Part shown: positions 12,315-26,000 of the stretch, one piece after another | Position numbering within the stretch: position 1 is the stretch's first letter | Layout of the letters: every line of letters starts with the position of its first letter | DNA from: Hypanus sabinus | Lineage: Eukaryota | DNA: 64,000 nt | NCBI RefSeq assembly: GCF_030144855.1 | Contig: NC_082718.1 | Span: forward strand, 90,830,001-90,894,000 | Direction: 5' to 3' | Translations under genes and position numbers: made by a program | The notes under the pieces: generated by a model | Told to the model about the DNA's origin: nothing | Databases searched by the model: none | The model's input: only the letters and a program-made list of their open reading frames with translations

Positions 12315-12520
12315 CTACGAAAGAAGAGCCACTCCATAGGTTGGCAATTCTTGATGTAGTTGACGGAACATCATAGCACATTTATTTCTTTCTTTTGTCT
12401 TGCCCAGAGCGTTGAACAGTCTTGCCTGCAAATAGAGGACTTCTCTAATCCTCTCACTGGAATCTGCCTTCTCAAAATACACCTTGGCTTCATTCAGATT
12501 TTGAATGGCTGATTCAAAAG
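12315..12520 (-). CDS. ANAPC5: APC5 coding exon 17 (terminal)
   Basis: (A)FESAIQNLNEAKVYFEKADSSERIREVLYLQARLFNALGKTKERNKCAMMFRQLHQELPTYGVALLS*; acceptor cttcctgaag; TAG at 12317-12315. Confidence 0.93.
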
Positions 12521-12820
12521 CTTCAGGAAGAAAAACAAAAGCATGTCAATTATGTTGCATTGAAAGCATGTTGAAAGCAAAGTTAATGCATAGCACTATA
12601 ATATTTAGCCATTATCTATATACAGATTTCAACATGGACAGATTTTAACCAAAAATGTTAACATAGTGTAAATTACTGGGCCTTTAAATATTTAGCCTTC
12701 AGTTATTCCACTGTATTAAGAAATTGGTGCAAATTTAATCTGTAACTTTCTTGAACATTATTACTAATTATTAGGTGATTTTTTTTTTACATGATATGAT
12801 AGAGTCCATGTTTGCATCCA

Positions 12821-13172
12821 AGACAGACATACATTATTGATCCCGAGGGAAATTGGGTTTCGTTACAGCCGCGCCAACCAAGAATAGTGTAGAAATATAG
12901 CAATATAAAACCGTAAATAATTAAATAAAAATAAGTTAATCATGCCAAGTGGAATTAAGTCCAGGACCAGCCTATTGGCTCAGGGTGTCTGACACTCTGA
13001 GGGAGGAGTTGTAAAGTTTGATGGCCACAGGCAGGAATGACTTCTTATGATGCTCAGTGTCACCTCTTGGTGGAATGAGTCTCTGGCTGAATGTACTCCT
13101 GTGCCTAACCAGTACATTATGGAGTGGGTGGGAGTCATTGTCCAAGATGGCATGCAACTTGGACAGCATCCT
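12821..13172 (-). mobile_element. L2/Rex1-type LINE 3' fragment
   Basis: Reverse complement of ~31737-32062; KRMLSKLHAILDN..SFLPVAIKLYNSS; (GTCT)n tail. Confidence 0.9.
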
Positions 13173-13710
13173 CTTATCAAGCAATGGGTAACTAAAAAGA
13201 AGTGTCTGGCTATGACCACCATAAGCAATTATAACCACCTACTCTTGATTTTAAGCTATAATAGCACTCTTGAATCCTCCATAATTAAAGTCATTGGAAT
13301 CATAACTGAGTAGAAACTCAACTGAATCAGCTATATACAAGTACAGGTTAAAATGTGGACATCCTGCAGCATGACTCAATGCCTGATGCCCTACAAATGG
13401 CTATGAATGAAACAATAGCTGTAATAATTGTGAAAATATGTCATTTATTAGGAACATATTCTAAAATATCAGAAGAGAATTTAAAAACAATCATTTTACA
13501 AATGGTTTAATATATTGTTCAAACTACATATTAAATGAGCATTAATGAAAAAGGCAGATCCATCAGAGAAAAAAAAAACAGATTTTACAAACAATTATAT
13601 ATCAGTAAATCCAACAGATCTGGAGAATGTTTTTTAAACATTTCAATTCTGTTTATAAATATTATTGAATATACTGTACAGCATGAAGTCAAAAGATTTC
13701 AAATATTTAC

Positions 13711-13873
13711 CCTCAGCTTTTTCTTGAAGAGAGCAAGAGGATACAGAAGCAACCTGACATTTTGCCAATAGCAGCATGGCACGTCCTCTATCCAAGACTG
13801 TTCCATTAGCCAGAATAGGTTCAATAGCCATATGTAGAACATTCAAAGCTTGGTCTGGAATTCCAAGCATTAG
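13711..13873 (-). CDS. ANAPC5: APC5 coding exon 16
   Basis: LMLGIPDQALNVLHMAIEPILANGTVLDRGRAMLLLAKCQVASVSSCSLQEKAE; ag/gt boundaries; 163 nt. Confidence 0.95.
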
Positions 13874-14964
13874 CTAGTTTAAAAAAATAATAATTTCTTG
13901 ATTATTCAGAAATTTTTAAATGTTGTAGCTACAAATGTATTTTCAAATACATTAAAATACAATTTTGAAATGTTTCTTTCATTTAAAAAGTATGACTGAA
14001 ATTATTAGTATTACTACTACAGTGAAAAATAAAAATTAAGGGAAACCCATTTAAAGAAATATCCATAAGCACATTAAGTATCAAATTTTAAATAATTTAG
14101 CTCCAGATATCAATTTTTCCACAAACAAGGATGATAAATTGAAAATTAAACCTGGTATTACAAATAGCAGAACTGAAAGTTAGTATATTAGATTTAGAGT
14201 CTTCAAGCTAAGCAAAATTTCAAGATACTTGAATTCTAAAATAAAGCATGTGCTTGCTGAAATCATCAGCAATTTTTAGACAGTATTTATGGAGTTAATG
14301 TTTTGATTTAAGATCTTTGTGAGCTGAAATATTAACTGTGTCTTTATACAAAAGAGTACTTCCAGCATTGTACCTATTTGTTCAGAAACTTACACTGAAT
14401 TAAATTGCTACCCAATAAAATCATGTCTCATGTGAAAGTCAAAGGTAAACATCCAAAATTTATTTTCCTTATAATAATCACATTGTCTGAATTCAGAGGG
14501 GGCAAAAATCTATGAATTTCCTTTTTCTGATAAGCACTATTAAATGATTAGTAGTAAATCTTGATTACTATAAGCTTCACCTGAAGTCTACAGGGATTAA
14601 AATAGTAATGTTGCTATGGCAAAGGGCAGAGTGAAAAAAAATCAAATATAATGTTGAGTCTGTACAAAAATTTAAGATTATAACTGGGTGTGTAACGGAA
14701 GCTTGGATGTAAGTTTGATGAGGCATAGGTGTTATAAAAGAAAATGGCATCACTGCAATGGAGTGCTGTCGTGTCATCATGCTGTTTCTATAATGAGCTG
14801 CTGTTGGTACATTATCATTAACAAACTGCTACAATCAGAGGGTTTGATAATGTACAAAATGACCTCTGTGGAGGAGTTCTTTCATTTTAAACCCAAATAA
14901 ATATATGCATTCCTTGACTCATGCATGGCTATATATGCAACTTCAAATTTGTGGCAAGACTTAC

Positions 14965-15112
14965 CTGTGAAAATGCCAAATGCAGGATGGCTTCTGAAGT
15001 TAGATATTCCAAATGATATTCACGACTAAGAGCCAATGCTTTCAGGAGTAAAGGAACTGCCACTGCATGACACGACGAACGCCAGAAAAGTTCAGCCTCC
15101 AAAATAAGAACT
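14965..15112 (-). CDS. ANAPC5: APC5 coding exon 15
   Basis: VLILEAELFWRSSCHAVAVPLLLKALALSREYHLEYLTSEAILHLAFSQ; donor gtaagt; 148 nt. Confidence 0.95.
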
Positions 15113-16355
15113 CTAAAATTACAAGGTTTTTTTAAAAATGAAATGCAGTTTTAAAAAAAAAATTCCAGTAGAAATATAGCTAATCATACATTTTTCATTT
15201 CCAAATCACAGCTGAACAACTAACTTTTCTGAACCTTTTCAACTAAACTGGAGCCCATTAATTTCAACCTACAGTATGTCTATAGAAAAGATAGCCAGCA
15301 GTGTTTTGATAACACTGACATTAGACCATGGGTTATTTTGTGTCTCATCAACATCTCTCAGGATTATTCTCAATTTGAAGTATCAAGAAATTAAGAATGA
15401 TGCTATTATAACTGCCTGGTCATACATTTCACCACATCAAGGTGTGTATTATTGCATCAGAGAAATCCATTTCACTATACAGCTTATCTATCCCATTGAA
15501 AAACCCTTAATTGTTAAATTTGCCTTCATGTGTTAACTTCAGAGAAACTGATTATAATAAGCAAGTTTAAGATTTCAATCACAAAGCCCAACACCTAAAC
15601 TAACAAATAGGATGGTTTTGAAATAGTCAAGGCATAAAGAACAAAAGTCAGTTAAAAAAAGAATCAGGTTTTACAAAGAAGAGATAGAGTGGCATATCAG
15701 GACTTCTTGAGCAGGCAAAAGCTCCAGGAAGAGCTGAATAGTCTTCCTCATTACTTTTCTACAATTTAGTTAGCAATAACTACTGTACATCAGTGGCAGA
15801 GTTTAATTCTATTTATATTACTAATTGCCGGTGTACTAATATTTAAGGCAGAAATACGCCAGATCTGAAGTAACAAGAATCTCACACCACATATGTACGG
15901 AATCTAGTAATTTTCAGTACATTTCTAAAGGTGCCTCCCAAGATCACTGAGTTCAATTAGATTTAGACAGTTTTGCATTCAAACTTTATCAGAAGTGCTT
16001 ATGTTTTCAAGTCAAAAGTGTACATAATGACTGAATTGATAATGAACACAGAAATGAGAAAATGTCTTCAATATTTGGGAGGGAGGGACACTGATTTCGG
16101 GTACTTTAACAATAAATTTGTCGGGTACTTTAACAATAGACTTTGACTACATATCAACATTTTTGAATTGTTAACTCCTAGATAACACCCTTGCAGATTT
16201 TCATTGTTCATCTTCTTTCAATATATTAATACCATTATATATACTTGTGTATCTGTAATCATTCTTAAACTATAATACTGCTCTTGTTTTAGCAAACTAT
16301 TTTGTTTTAAAAAAACAAAATTAGATATGCAAACAATCACAAAATAATATAATCT

Positions 16356-16624
16356 TGTGGTGACCCACTTCCTAGCGCACTCGAGCCGGCTCACAAATAG
16401 CCAGCGTGCCGGCATAAAGGCCAGTCCCAAAAGGGTGCCAGGTCTGCTTCACCAACAAAGGGAAAAGGTCGCGCAGGACTGTGAGTACGTGCCCCCTACA
16501 GCAACCGCGCCCGGGATCAGGGAGGCTTTAAAGCGAGGCCGCAAAGTTCGAATAAAATCTTCTTTAACTGCAGTTTACTGACTCCGTGTCGTTATTTCAG
16601 CACTGCATGTAGCACACCGCTACT
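16356..16624 (+). mobile_element. Short solo LTR (269 bp)
   Basis: TGTGGTG...CGCTACT with 4-bp TSD ATCT; AATAAA at 16551; CpG-rich; related to 41827-42060. Confidence 0.8.
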
Positions 16625-16791
16625 ATCTTTACAAATTATATCAGAATGAATTTGTATTTCATTTGTTGTATCCATAATTGTATTAGAGACAAAATTGCCT
16701 TAAAAAGATTTGGGAATCTACAAAAAAGCTTTCATACCTTGGAGACATTTAGAAACTTAGAATCATTTACAAGTATTCACCACTAACTTAC

Positions 16792-16899
16792 TTGATCAAC
16801 ATTTCTGTTGACTTCTTTTTCTGACAATGGATTAACAGGTTTTGCAGAAGCCTGTAAGATTCTGTGATTTGATTTTGTGCTTTCAAAACAAGAGCTTTC
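16792..16899 (-). CDS. ANAPC5: APC5 coding exon 14
   Basis: KALVLKAQNQITESYRLLQNLLIHCQKKKSTEMLI; aag acceptor, gtaagt donor; 108 nt. Confidence 0.95.
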
Positions 16900-18219
16900 C
16901 TTTATGGACCAAAAGAAATAAGTGAATTTTATACAACAGAATTTTAACATATTTTCAGCATCACATTGAATACAACATAATCTGGCTCACACAGCAAATT
17001 TATGTCCTTGGAGTAGAGGAGATGCTATTTTATGCATATTATGATACTATGTGACACAAAAGCACCGATTATGGTAACTGAAACCATTTGTATTTAAGTA
17101 GTGTCCTGAAGGTCAAACTCTGCGAATATTAATTTTCAAATGAATAATATAAGCCAGTATTCATTGCACATTACTTACATACATAATTCATCTCTTTTCA
17201 AGAGCCACAATTTTAACAGCAAGATGTCAAACATTAGGGCAAATTGATAATTTTAAATATTTTTATTAAAATATGTATTTATATTCAATATGCAATACAT
17301 TTAAAATTTGTATCATCATAATTCAATGTACATAGCTTAGAAACCATGCAAATTAAATATAATTTATGTTTGTCATGGATGTAATGTGCTGCTGCAAAAA
17401 AGCATTAATTACTTGGGTATGTTTGCAGAAGACAATGAACTTGAAGGAACACAGTCAAGCATTCCTTCTCCAACCCCTTTCCCCCAACACCCCGACCCCA
17501 TTTCCCAACAGCAAATTAATTTTTATTGAAGAACTTCAAAAAGTTAACTTCAACATTTTCATTTTAGTTACATAAACAAAAGGAAGCAAATTAGGACAAA
17601 TATGATAAACGTGACAGATATTTGAATAGGGAACCATCCGAAACAAAAAAAAGGTATTGTTTAATTAATGAGGGCATTTAGAGAAATAGAAGAGCATCTC
17701 TAAGTTGTGAAATGTGACAAAACTGGAGGGAGAGTTCATTTGGAGAGGAACAGGCCAGTGTGACACAAACAAGAGAGCCAGTTGCCCAACAACTGATGAG
17801 TTTCAATGTGGCCTGGAAATCAGCAATGTGAAGAGGTTCTGCTCCTCAGGCTTACATTGTACTTACAGTTAAAACAGTGCAGGTGCCTTAGACAGACAGG
17901 AATAGTGAGATGGAAAAAAGAGGTGACAGGAATTTGGAATTCAGACACTCCAGGAATATAGTGGGGGAATCTCATCGAAATGCAACTTAATTCAATAAAA
18001 CCGAATCCAGGCATTTCCTTTAGAATACCTGCTGTTCACAGCTTTTCTATATTCCTTTATCTTAAAGCTCTAACATTCCTTATTAATCTTTCCATATATT
18101 ACTACCAACTTCTAGGATGATGATTTTATGCCAATCTAAAAAGATACATCGGGATCAATTCACTAAAACAAGAGTCTAAACAGTCTATTACCAAACCGAG
18201 GAGATATTCAATACCAGAA

Positions 18220-19040
18220 GTCAAAGTAAGTTTATTTTCAAAGTACATATACATCACCACAAACAACCCTGAGATTCATTTTCTTGCTGGCAATCACCGT
18301 AAATACAAGAAGCACAATAGAAGCAATAAAAGACCACACCCAACAGGGACGGACAACAACCAATGTGCAAAAAAACACCCTAACTGCATATACAAAAATT
18401 AAGAAATAAAAATAATAACAATAATGAATAAATAAGCATTTCATGTTCTCAATACTTATTGAAGAGTCCTTGAAAGTGAGTCTGGTTCAGTGGGAACAGT
18501 TCAGCAAAGGGGTAATAACTGTTGCTGAACCTGGTGGTGCAGGTCCTGAAGCTCCTGTGCCTTCTTTCTGATGGCAGCAGTGAGAAGACAGCATGGCCTG
18601 AATGGTGGAGGTCCTTGATGGTGGATGCCGCTTTTCTGCGACAGCACCATGTAGATTCGCTCAATGGTGGGGAGGTCATTACTCATGACGGACTGGGCCG
18701 TATCCTCCACTTTTTATAGGTTTTTCCATGCAAGGGTATTGGTGTTTCCATACCAGGCCATGATTCAACTGGTTAATATACTCTACACCAAACATCTATG
18801 GACATTTGTTGAAGTTTTAGATGGCTGAATCTTCGCAAGCTTCTAGGTAGAGATTCTTCCATGCTTTATTTGTAATGGTACTTGTGCTGGACCCAGAACA
18901 GATCCTCTGAAATGATAACACTAAGGATTTTAAAGTTGTTGACCCTCTCCACCTCTGATCCCCCAACGAGGGACTTCCGGTTTCCTCCTCCTGGTCAATA
19001 ATCAGCTCTTTGATCTTGCTGACATTGAATGAGAGGTCTT
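18220..19040 (-). mobile_element. L2/Rex1-type LINE 3' fragment
   Basis: RKAASTIKDLHHSGHAVFSLLPSERR..FSNSYYP; similar fragments at ~7440-8000, ~47860-48425, ~57380-57920, ~62180-62550. Confidence 0.8.
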
Positions 19041-19279
19041 TGTTGTGACTCGAGAGACATTTGCAGACCAGGTGATATCTAACAATATAACACCCTCTAT
19101 GGTGCTCATGTTTGGTGACAAAATAGAAGAGAGCATGAAAACTCCACTTTTTAAAACAAATAAGGTTTTCGTAATTTGAAAGAGCATTCTTTTAAAAGAT
19201 ACAAGATGAACAAATTTATTTTTATCATTCAAGAAATTAGTCAAGTAAGTCCTCAAAAGTTATCGTTCTAAAACCAATT

Positions 19280-21990
19280 TTATAGAGTTTTGAGGAAGTT
19301 ACCAAAAAGTTGATGAAGCCAGGGCAGTGGATATTGTCTACATGGACTTCAGTAAGGCCTTACATGGGAGGTTGGTCAAGAAGGTTCAGTCGCTTGGCTT
19401 AGACTTTGGTTTCGCAGAAGCCGAAGAGTGATAAATGGTTGCCTCTCTGACTGGAGGCCTGTGACTAGTTGTGTGCTGTAGGGATTGGTGCTGGGTCCAT
19501 TGACATTTGTCATTTATGTCAAAGACTTGGGTGCTAATATAATAAACTGGATCAGCAAATTTGTGAATGACATCAAGATTGGGGAGTGCAGTGGACAGTG
19601 AGGAAGGCTATTAAAGTTTGCAGCAGGACCTGGACCAGCTGGAAGAATAGGCTGAAAAGTAGCAGATGCAATTTAATGCAGACAAATGTGAGGTGTTGCA
19701 CTTGGGAAGGCAAACCAAGAATGGAATAACATTGTGAGCAGTGGGGCATTGAGGAATGTGATAGAACAGAGGGATCTGGGAATACAGATCCATAATTCCT
19801 TGGAAGTAGCATCATAGATAGATAGGATCAAAAAGAATGCTTTTGGCTAATTGGCCTTCATAATCAAAAGTACTGAGTGCAGGTGTCGGAATGTTATGTT
19901 GAAGTTCTATAAGATGTTGGTGAGGCCTAATTTGGAATTTGTGTTCAGTTTAGGCCAACTACCTATAGGAAAGATGTCAGTAAGATTGATAGCATGCAGA
20001 GAAACTTTACAAGGATGTTGCTAGGACTTGAGGACCTTTCTTAGAGGGGAAAGTCTGAATAGGTTAGCACTTTATTGTCTAGAGCATAGGAGAATGAGGG
20101 GAGATTTGACAGAATGAGGGGTATACGTGGCATGCAAGTTTGGACACCCCTGGTCAAACTTTGTTACTGTGAATAGCTAAGCGAGTAAAAAATGACCTGA
20201 TTTCCAAAAGGCATAAAGTTAAAGATGACACATTTCTTTAATATTTTAAGCAAGATTACTTTTTTTATTTCCATCTTTTACAGTTTCAAAATAACAAAAA
20301 AGGAAAAGGGCCCAAAGCAAAAATTTGGGCACCTTGGTCAGTACTTAGTAACAGCCCCTTTGGCAAGTATCACAGCTTGTAAATGCTTTCTGTAGCCAGC
20401 TAAGAGTCTTTCAATTCTTGTTTGGGGGATTTTCACCTTTTCTTCCTTGCAAAGAGCTTCTAGATCTGTGAGATTTTTGGGCCGTTTTGCATGCACTGCT
20501 CTTTTGAGGTCTATCCACAGATATCTAATGATGTTTAGGTCGGGGGACTGTGAGGGGCATGGCAAAACCTTCAGCTTGTGCCTCTTGAGGTAGTCCATTG
20601 TGGATTTTGAGGTGTGTTTAGGATCATTATCCTGTTGTAAGCAGCCATCCTTTTTTCACCTTCAGCTTTTTTTTTTACAGACAGTGTGATGTTTGCTTCC
20701 AGAATTTGCTGGTATTTAATTGAATTCATTCTTCCCTCTACCAGTGAAATGTTCCCCGTGCCACGGCTGCAACACAAGTCCATAGCATGATCGATCCACC
20801 TCCGTTGCTTAACAGTTGGAGAGGTGTTCTTCTCATGAAATTCTGCACCCTTTTTTCTCCAAACATACCTTTGCTCATTGTGGCCAAAAAGTTCTATTTT
20901 AACTTCATCAGTCCACAGGACTTGTTTCCAAAATGCGTCAGGCTTGTTTAGGTGTTCCTTTGCAAACTTCTGACGCTGAATTTTGTGGTGAGGACGCAGG
21001 AAAGGTTTTCTTCTGGTGACTCTTCCATGAAGGTCGTATTTGTGCAGTGTCACCACACAGTAGAACAGAGCAGCAACACTCCAGAGTCTGCTACATCTTT
21101 CTGAAGGTCTTTTGCGGTCAAACGGGGATTCTGATTTGCCTTTCTGGCAATCCTACAAACAGTTCTCTCGGAAAGTTTTCTTGGTCTTCTAGACCTCAGC
21201 TTGACCTCCACCTGTTAACTGCCATTTCTTAATTACATTACAAACTGAGGAAATGGCTACCTGAAAACGCTTTGCTATCCTTTTATAGCCTTCTCCTGCT
21301 TTGTGAGCATCATTCATTTTAAATTTTCAGAGTGCTAGGCCCATGGCTGCTAATTGTTGGGACAAGGTTTGAGGAGTCAGGGTATTTATAAAGCTTTGAA
21401 ATTTGCATCACCTGGTCTTTCCTAACGAAGACTGTGAACAAGCCATAGCCCTAGCAAGCGTATTAAGGTCTGAGACCTTGGTAGAAGTTATCTGGAAGCT
21501 CAAATCTTTTGGGGTGCCCAAACTTTTGCATGGTGCTCCTTTCCTTTTTTTTTCCACTCTAAAATTGTACAAAACAAAAATAATACACTAATCTTGTTTA
21601 AAATGTTGAAAAGAATGTTTCATCTTTAACTTTATGACTTTTGGAGATCAGTTCATCTTCTATTCATTTAACTATTCACAGTAACAGAAACTTTGACTAG
21701 GGGTGCCCAAACTTTTGCATGCCACTGTAGATAGGGTAAAGGCATGCAGGTTTTTTCCACTGAAAAGGTCACGGGTTAAGGATGAAAGCTGTAATGTTTA
21801 AGGGGAACACCTTCACTCAGGGAAAGTGGATCGAGCTGCCAGTGGAAGTGGTGGATGTGGGTTCAATTTCAACACTTAAGAGAAATTTGGATAGGTACAT
21901 GGATGGGAGGGGTACAGAGGGCCCTCCTGGGTGGAGGTCAATGGGACTAGCCAGATTAATAGTTTGACATGGACTAGATAGACTGTAGAG
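19280..21990 (+). mobile_element. CR1 LINE fragment split by the Tc1 at 20126-21727
   Basis: RT remnants (VDIVYMDFSKA, DKCEVLHLG); the sequence rejoins across the Tc1 as ATGAGGGGTA-TA-GATAGGGTAAA. Confidence 0.9.
20126..21727 (-). mobile_element. Tc1/mariner transposon, ~1.6 kb, frameshifted transposase
   Basis: TA TSD (20124-25, 21728-29); TIRs with inner DRs; ORFs with VLWTDEVKIELFG, KYQQILE, PSQSPDLNII, AVILAKGAVTKY. Confidence 0.95.
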
Positions 21991-22165
21991 TACTATTACT
22001 CTTTAAATTAAAAGATCAAATATTTTGCACAGAGTTCCACCTTAAATTGAAGTTCTTACAAAAATGTACATTGTGCAGTATTAGTTAAGTGAATGATATT
22101 TTATTATGAAGTTATTAACATTAATGTTGTTCCGAACAATTCTGTTGACTATTCCGTACACTTAC

Positions 22166-22287
22166 CTATACAATCCTTCTGGCTCATTCAGTGCTGCTAT
22201 TCCAGGAATTAGGGAGTCAGCTCTCTGGTACTTCCCATCACACATAGCTCGATTAAACTGGATGTTTTGCTCAAATAGCATCCAAAG
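22166..22287 (-). CDS. ANAPC5: APC5 coding exon 13
   Basis: LWMLFEQNIQFNRAMCDGKYQRADSLIPGIAALNEPEGLY; aag acceptor, gtaagt donor; 122 nt. Confidence 0.95.
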
Positions 22288-23089
22288 CTTTCAGGAAGAG
22301 TAATAAAGCATTAAAAGCAACATACAAAACTATAGATGAATAATAGCAATATATTTTATGGCATTAAAAATCCTAATAATGCAATTACTTACCAGCATCA
22401 AATTTATGGCTATTTACTTTGGTTGACCCATAGAAACCTCTGCAATCAAACTCACCACCATCTTACCGGAAGTATGCTGTATTTGAACAGCTCAAATAGA
22501 TAATTTATCATGAGTTACCATATTGTCATGTCACTGCGAATGAAAATCTCAGGTTTCCACCAGAAACTCCTGACTATTTTAAGTCATGGCACAAGTGTAG
22601 AGAAACAACATAACTGCTTTGGTGCAATGCTTTGCAAACTCAATTCAAAATCTATTTCAAATAGGTCTTCAGCTTTTAATTAAGTTCCTTTAAACTAGTT
22701 AGAAAAAGGATTTAACATATCAGTGTTTACTACATTTCACCAATTTCTTCCAGTCAAATCCATTGAAATAACCAATGGCTAGGAAAGAAGCAAAGTAGAG
22801 TTACAATGAGCTATTCTTTGAAACCATCAGTCAAAATTAACCCATGCATGGACACATATCCTAGTGTTGCTGGGTTAAGTTTAGTTATTAGGAGTCTTCC
22901 TTAGTCTCGTTCCCTTTTTGTTAGGAGGTTAATGGCTTTCTTCTTTTCTGATGTCTTGGAGGGAGATGGGGGGGGGGGGGAATATGGCTGGTTATGGTAA
23001 GAAACCTATAATCCAAAAGCAGTCCAATTCTACCTAGCTGCAAGGACGGTTAAAGCAGCAACAAGGCTCATATGAGTATTTGAAAAGAA

Positions 23090-26000
23090 CGCAGAGAAAT
23101 TTCTTGCAGGTCAGCAGTGCTCGTTTAAAAGGAGAGCTTCACAGGCGTTCAGTATCATTCCGATGTCCCAATCAGCGGCGGGAACAGTGCAGAGAGATTT
23201 CTCGCAGGTTGGTGGCACTCATTTAAACGCTTCGCAGGCATTCAGTGTCGTTCTGGCGGTCAGTCAGCAGCGGGAGCAGAGCAGAGAGGAGTAAATAAAT
23301 GTATACAAGGGACAAGCGGAGCAGCTGTTGGGAGTGTGTCAGTGGTGAAAGTGGGAGTGTTGGGCTTTGGCTCAAAGGAGGCTTAGGCACAGAAGTGGCA
23401 ATGGTTCTGGGTAAATTTTTGTAAGTTTCTTTTTTTCTTACTGTGTCAGGGGTACTTAGTGTAGTTTAAATTGCCATTGTGTGTTTTTCATGCTAGGGAG
23501 CTACATCTGTGTGAAGTGCACCCAGCTGCAGCTCCTTGAAGACGGTGTTAGGGATCTGGAGCAGCAGCTGGATGACCTTCAGCTTGTACAGGAGAGTGAG
23601 ATCATCGATTGGAGTTACAGGGAGGTAGTCACCCCTAAGTTGTAGGAGGTGGGTAACTGGATGACCATCAGGAGAAGAAATTGGATGGTGAATAAGCAGT
23701 AAGCACAGAGCACCCCTGTGGCCATTCCCCTCAACCGTTTTGGACACTGTTACAGGGCATGACCTCCCAGGAGAATGCAACGGAGACCAGGTTACTGGCA
23801 CTGAGCATGTGTCCGTGGTGCAGAAGGGAAAGAGGGAGAAGAGGAGAGTGGTAGTGATAGGGGACTCAATAGTCAGAGGAACAGAGAGGAGGTTTTGCAG
23901 ACGTGAATAGGACACCTTAATGGTATGCTGCCTCCCAAGTGCCAGGGTCAGGGACATCTCTCATCGCGTACACAGCATTTTGGAGGGGGAGGGGGAGGGG
24001 GAGCAGCCAGGTGTCTTGGTACATATTGGTACCAATAGCATAGGAAGGAAAAGCGAAGTGGTCCTGAAGAGAGAATTTAGAGAGCTAGGCAGAAAGCTGA
24101 GAAGCAGGACCTCCAGGGTAGTAATTTTTGGATTGCTACCTGTGCCACATGCCAATGAGGGTAGAAACAGGATGATTTGGCAGATAAATGCGTAGCTGAT
24201 CTGGTGCAGGGGGCAGGGCTGCAGGTTCTTGGATCATTGGGATCTCTTCTTGGAGAGGTATGACCTGTACAAAACGGATGAGATGCGTCTGAACCCGAGG
24301 AGCACCAATATTCTTGCGGACAGGTTTGTTAGAGCTGTTGGGGAGAGTTTAAACTAATTTGGCAGGGGAGTGAGAACCAGAATGAAGGGACGCAGGATAG
24401 GATGAAACAAAGAAAGCTTGTAGTCAGACTATTAGGAAGGGTGGGAAGATGACAGGGCAGAATTGCAGCCATTAGGGTGCATTTGGGATGCAGAATCAAA
24501 AAGGGTAGAAAATACAGTACTCAGTGTTTGTCTCAGTGCATAGTGCACAAGAAGTAAGGTAGATGATCTTGTTGCACTTTTACAGATTGTCGAGTATGAT
24601 GAAACCATCACTGAGTCGTGGCTAAAGGATGGTTTTAGTAGGGAGCTGAATGAACAAGCTTACACACTGTATTGGAGAGATAGGAAGGTAGGTAGAGAGG
24701 GTTGCATGGCTCTGCTGGTAAAGAATGGCATCAAAAATATATGACATAGGATTGGAAGATGTCGAATCCTTGTGGTTTGAGTTAAGAAACTGCGAGGGTA
24801 AAAGGACTGTGATGGCAGTTATATATAGGCCTCCAAATGGTAGCTGAGATGTGGACTACAGAATACAATAGATAAGGCGTGTCAAAGAGCAATGTTATGA
24901 TAGTCATGGGAGATTATAACGTGCAGGTAGATTGGGAAAATCAGGTTGGTAATGGAACTCAAGAGGGTGAATTTGTTGAATGCTTATGAGATGGCTTTTT
25001 AGAGCAGCCTGTCATTGAGTCTACTAGGGGATCAGCAATACTGTGTTAGGTGTAATGAACCGGAAGCAACTAGTGAACTTAAGGTAAAAAAAACCCCTTA
25101 GGAAGCAGTGATGACAATATGATTGAGTTCAATTTGAAACTTCATAAGGGAGAAAGTAATGTCAGATGTAGCAGTATTTCAGCAGAGTAAAGGAAATGAC
25201 AGTGGTATGAGAGAGAAGGTGGCCAAAGACAGCAGAGTAGAAATGGCTTTAAGTTTCTGGGGAAAATGAGGACAGTGCAGGACAGATGTATTCCGAAAAC
25301 AAAGAAATACTCAAACAGTAAAATAGTACAACTGTAGCTGACAAGGTAAGTCAAAGCTAATGTAAAAGCAAAAGAGAGGGCAAACAACAAAGCAAAAATT
25401 AGCAGAAGATAGAGGATTGTGAAGCTTTTAAACACTTACAGAAAGCAACTGAAAGAATCATTAGGAAGGAAAAGATGAAATATGAAAGCAAGCTAACAAG
25501 CAGTATCAAGGTGGATAAAAAAAGATTTTTCAAGTATATATAAAAAGTAAAAGAGAAGTGAGAGTAGATATAAGACTGCTAGAAAAGGAGGCTGGAGAAA
25601 TAATAATGGCGGGGGGGTGGCTGGAACAAGGAGAAGGCAGATGAACTAAAGGAGTATTTTGCATCAGTGTGGAAGACACTAGCAGTATGCCAGGTGTTGA
25701 AGAGTGTGAGGGAAGAGAAATGAGTGCAGTTACTATTACAGAGGAGAAGGTGCTCAGAAAGCTGAAAGACTTAAAGGTGCGTAAGTCACCCGGACCAGAT
25801 GCACTGCACCTTAGGGAGGCACTAGTAATAATTTTTCAAAAATCATTGGACTCTGGCCTGGTTCAGGAGGACAAGAAAATTGTAAATGCCACTCCACTCT
25901 AAGAAAGGAAGGAGGCAGCAGAAAAGAAATTATGGACCAGTTAGCCTGACCTTAGTGGTTGGGAAGATTTTGGAATCAATTGTTAAGGATGAGGTTATGG

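Noticed and set aside
23493-24155. Minus-strand ORFs (154 aa, 64 aa)
   Set aside because: Antisense shadows of CR1 ORF1.
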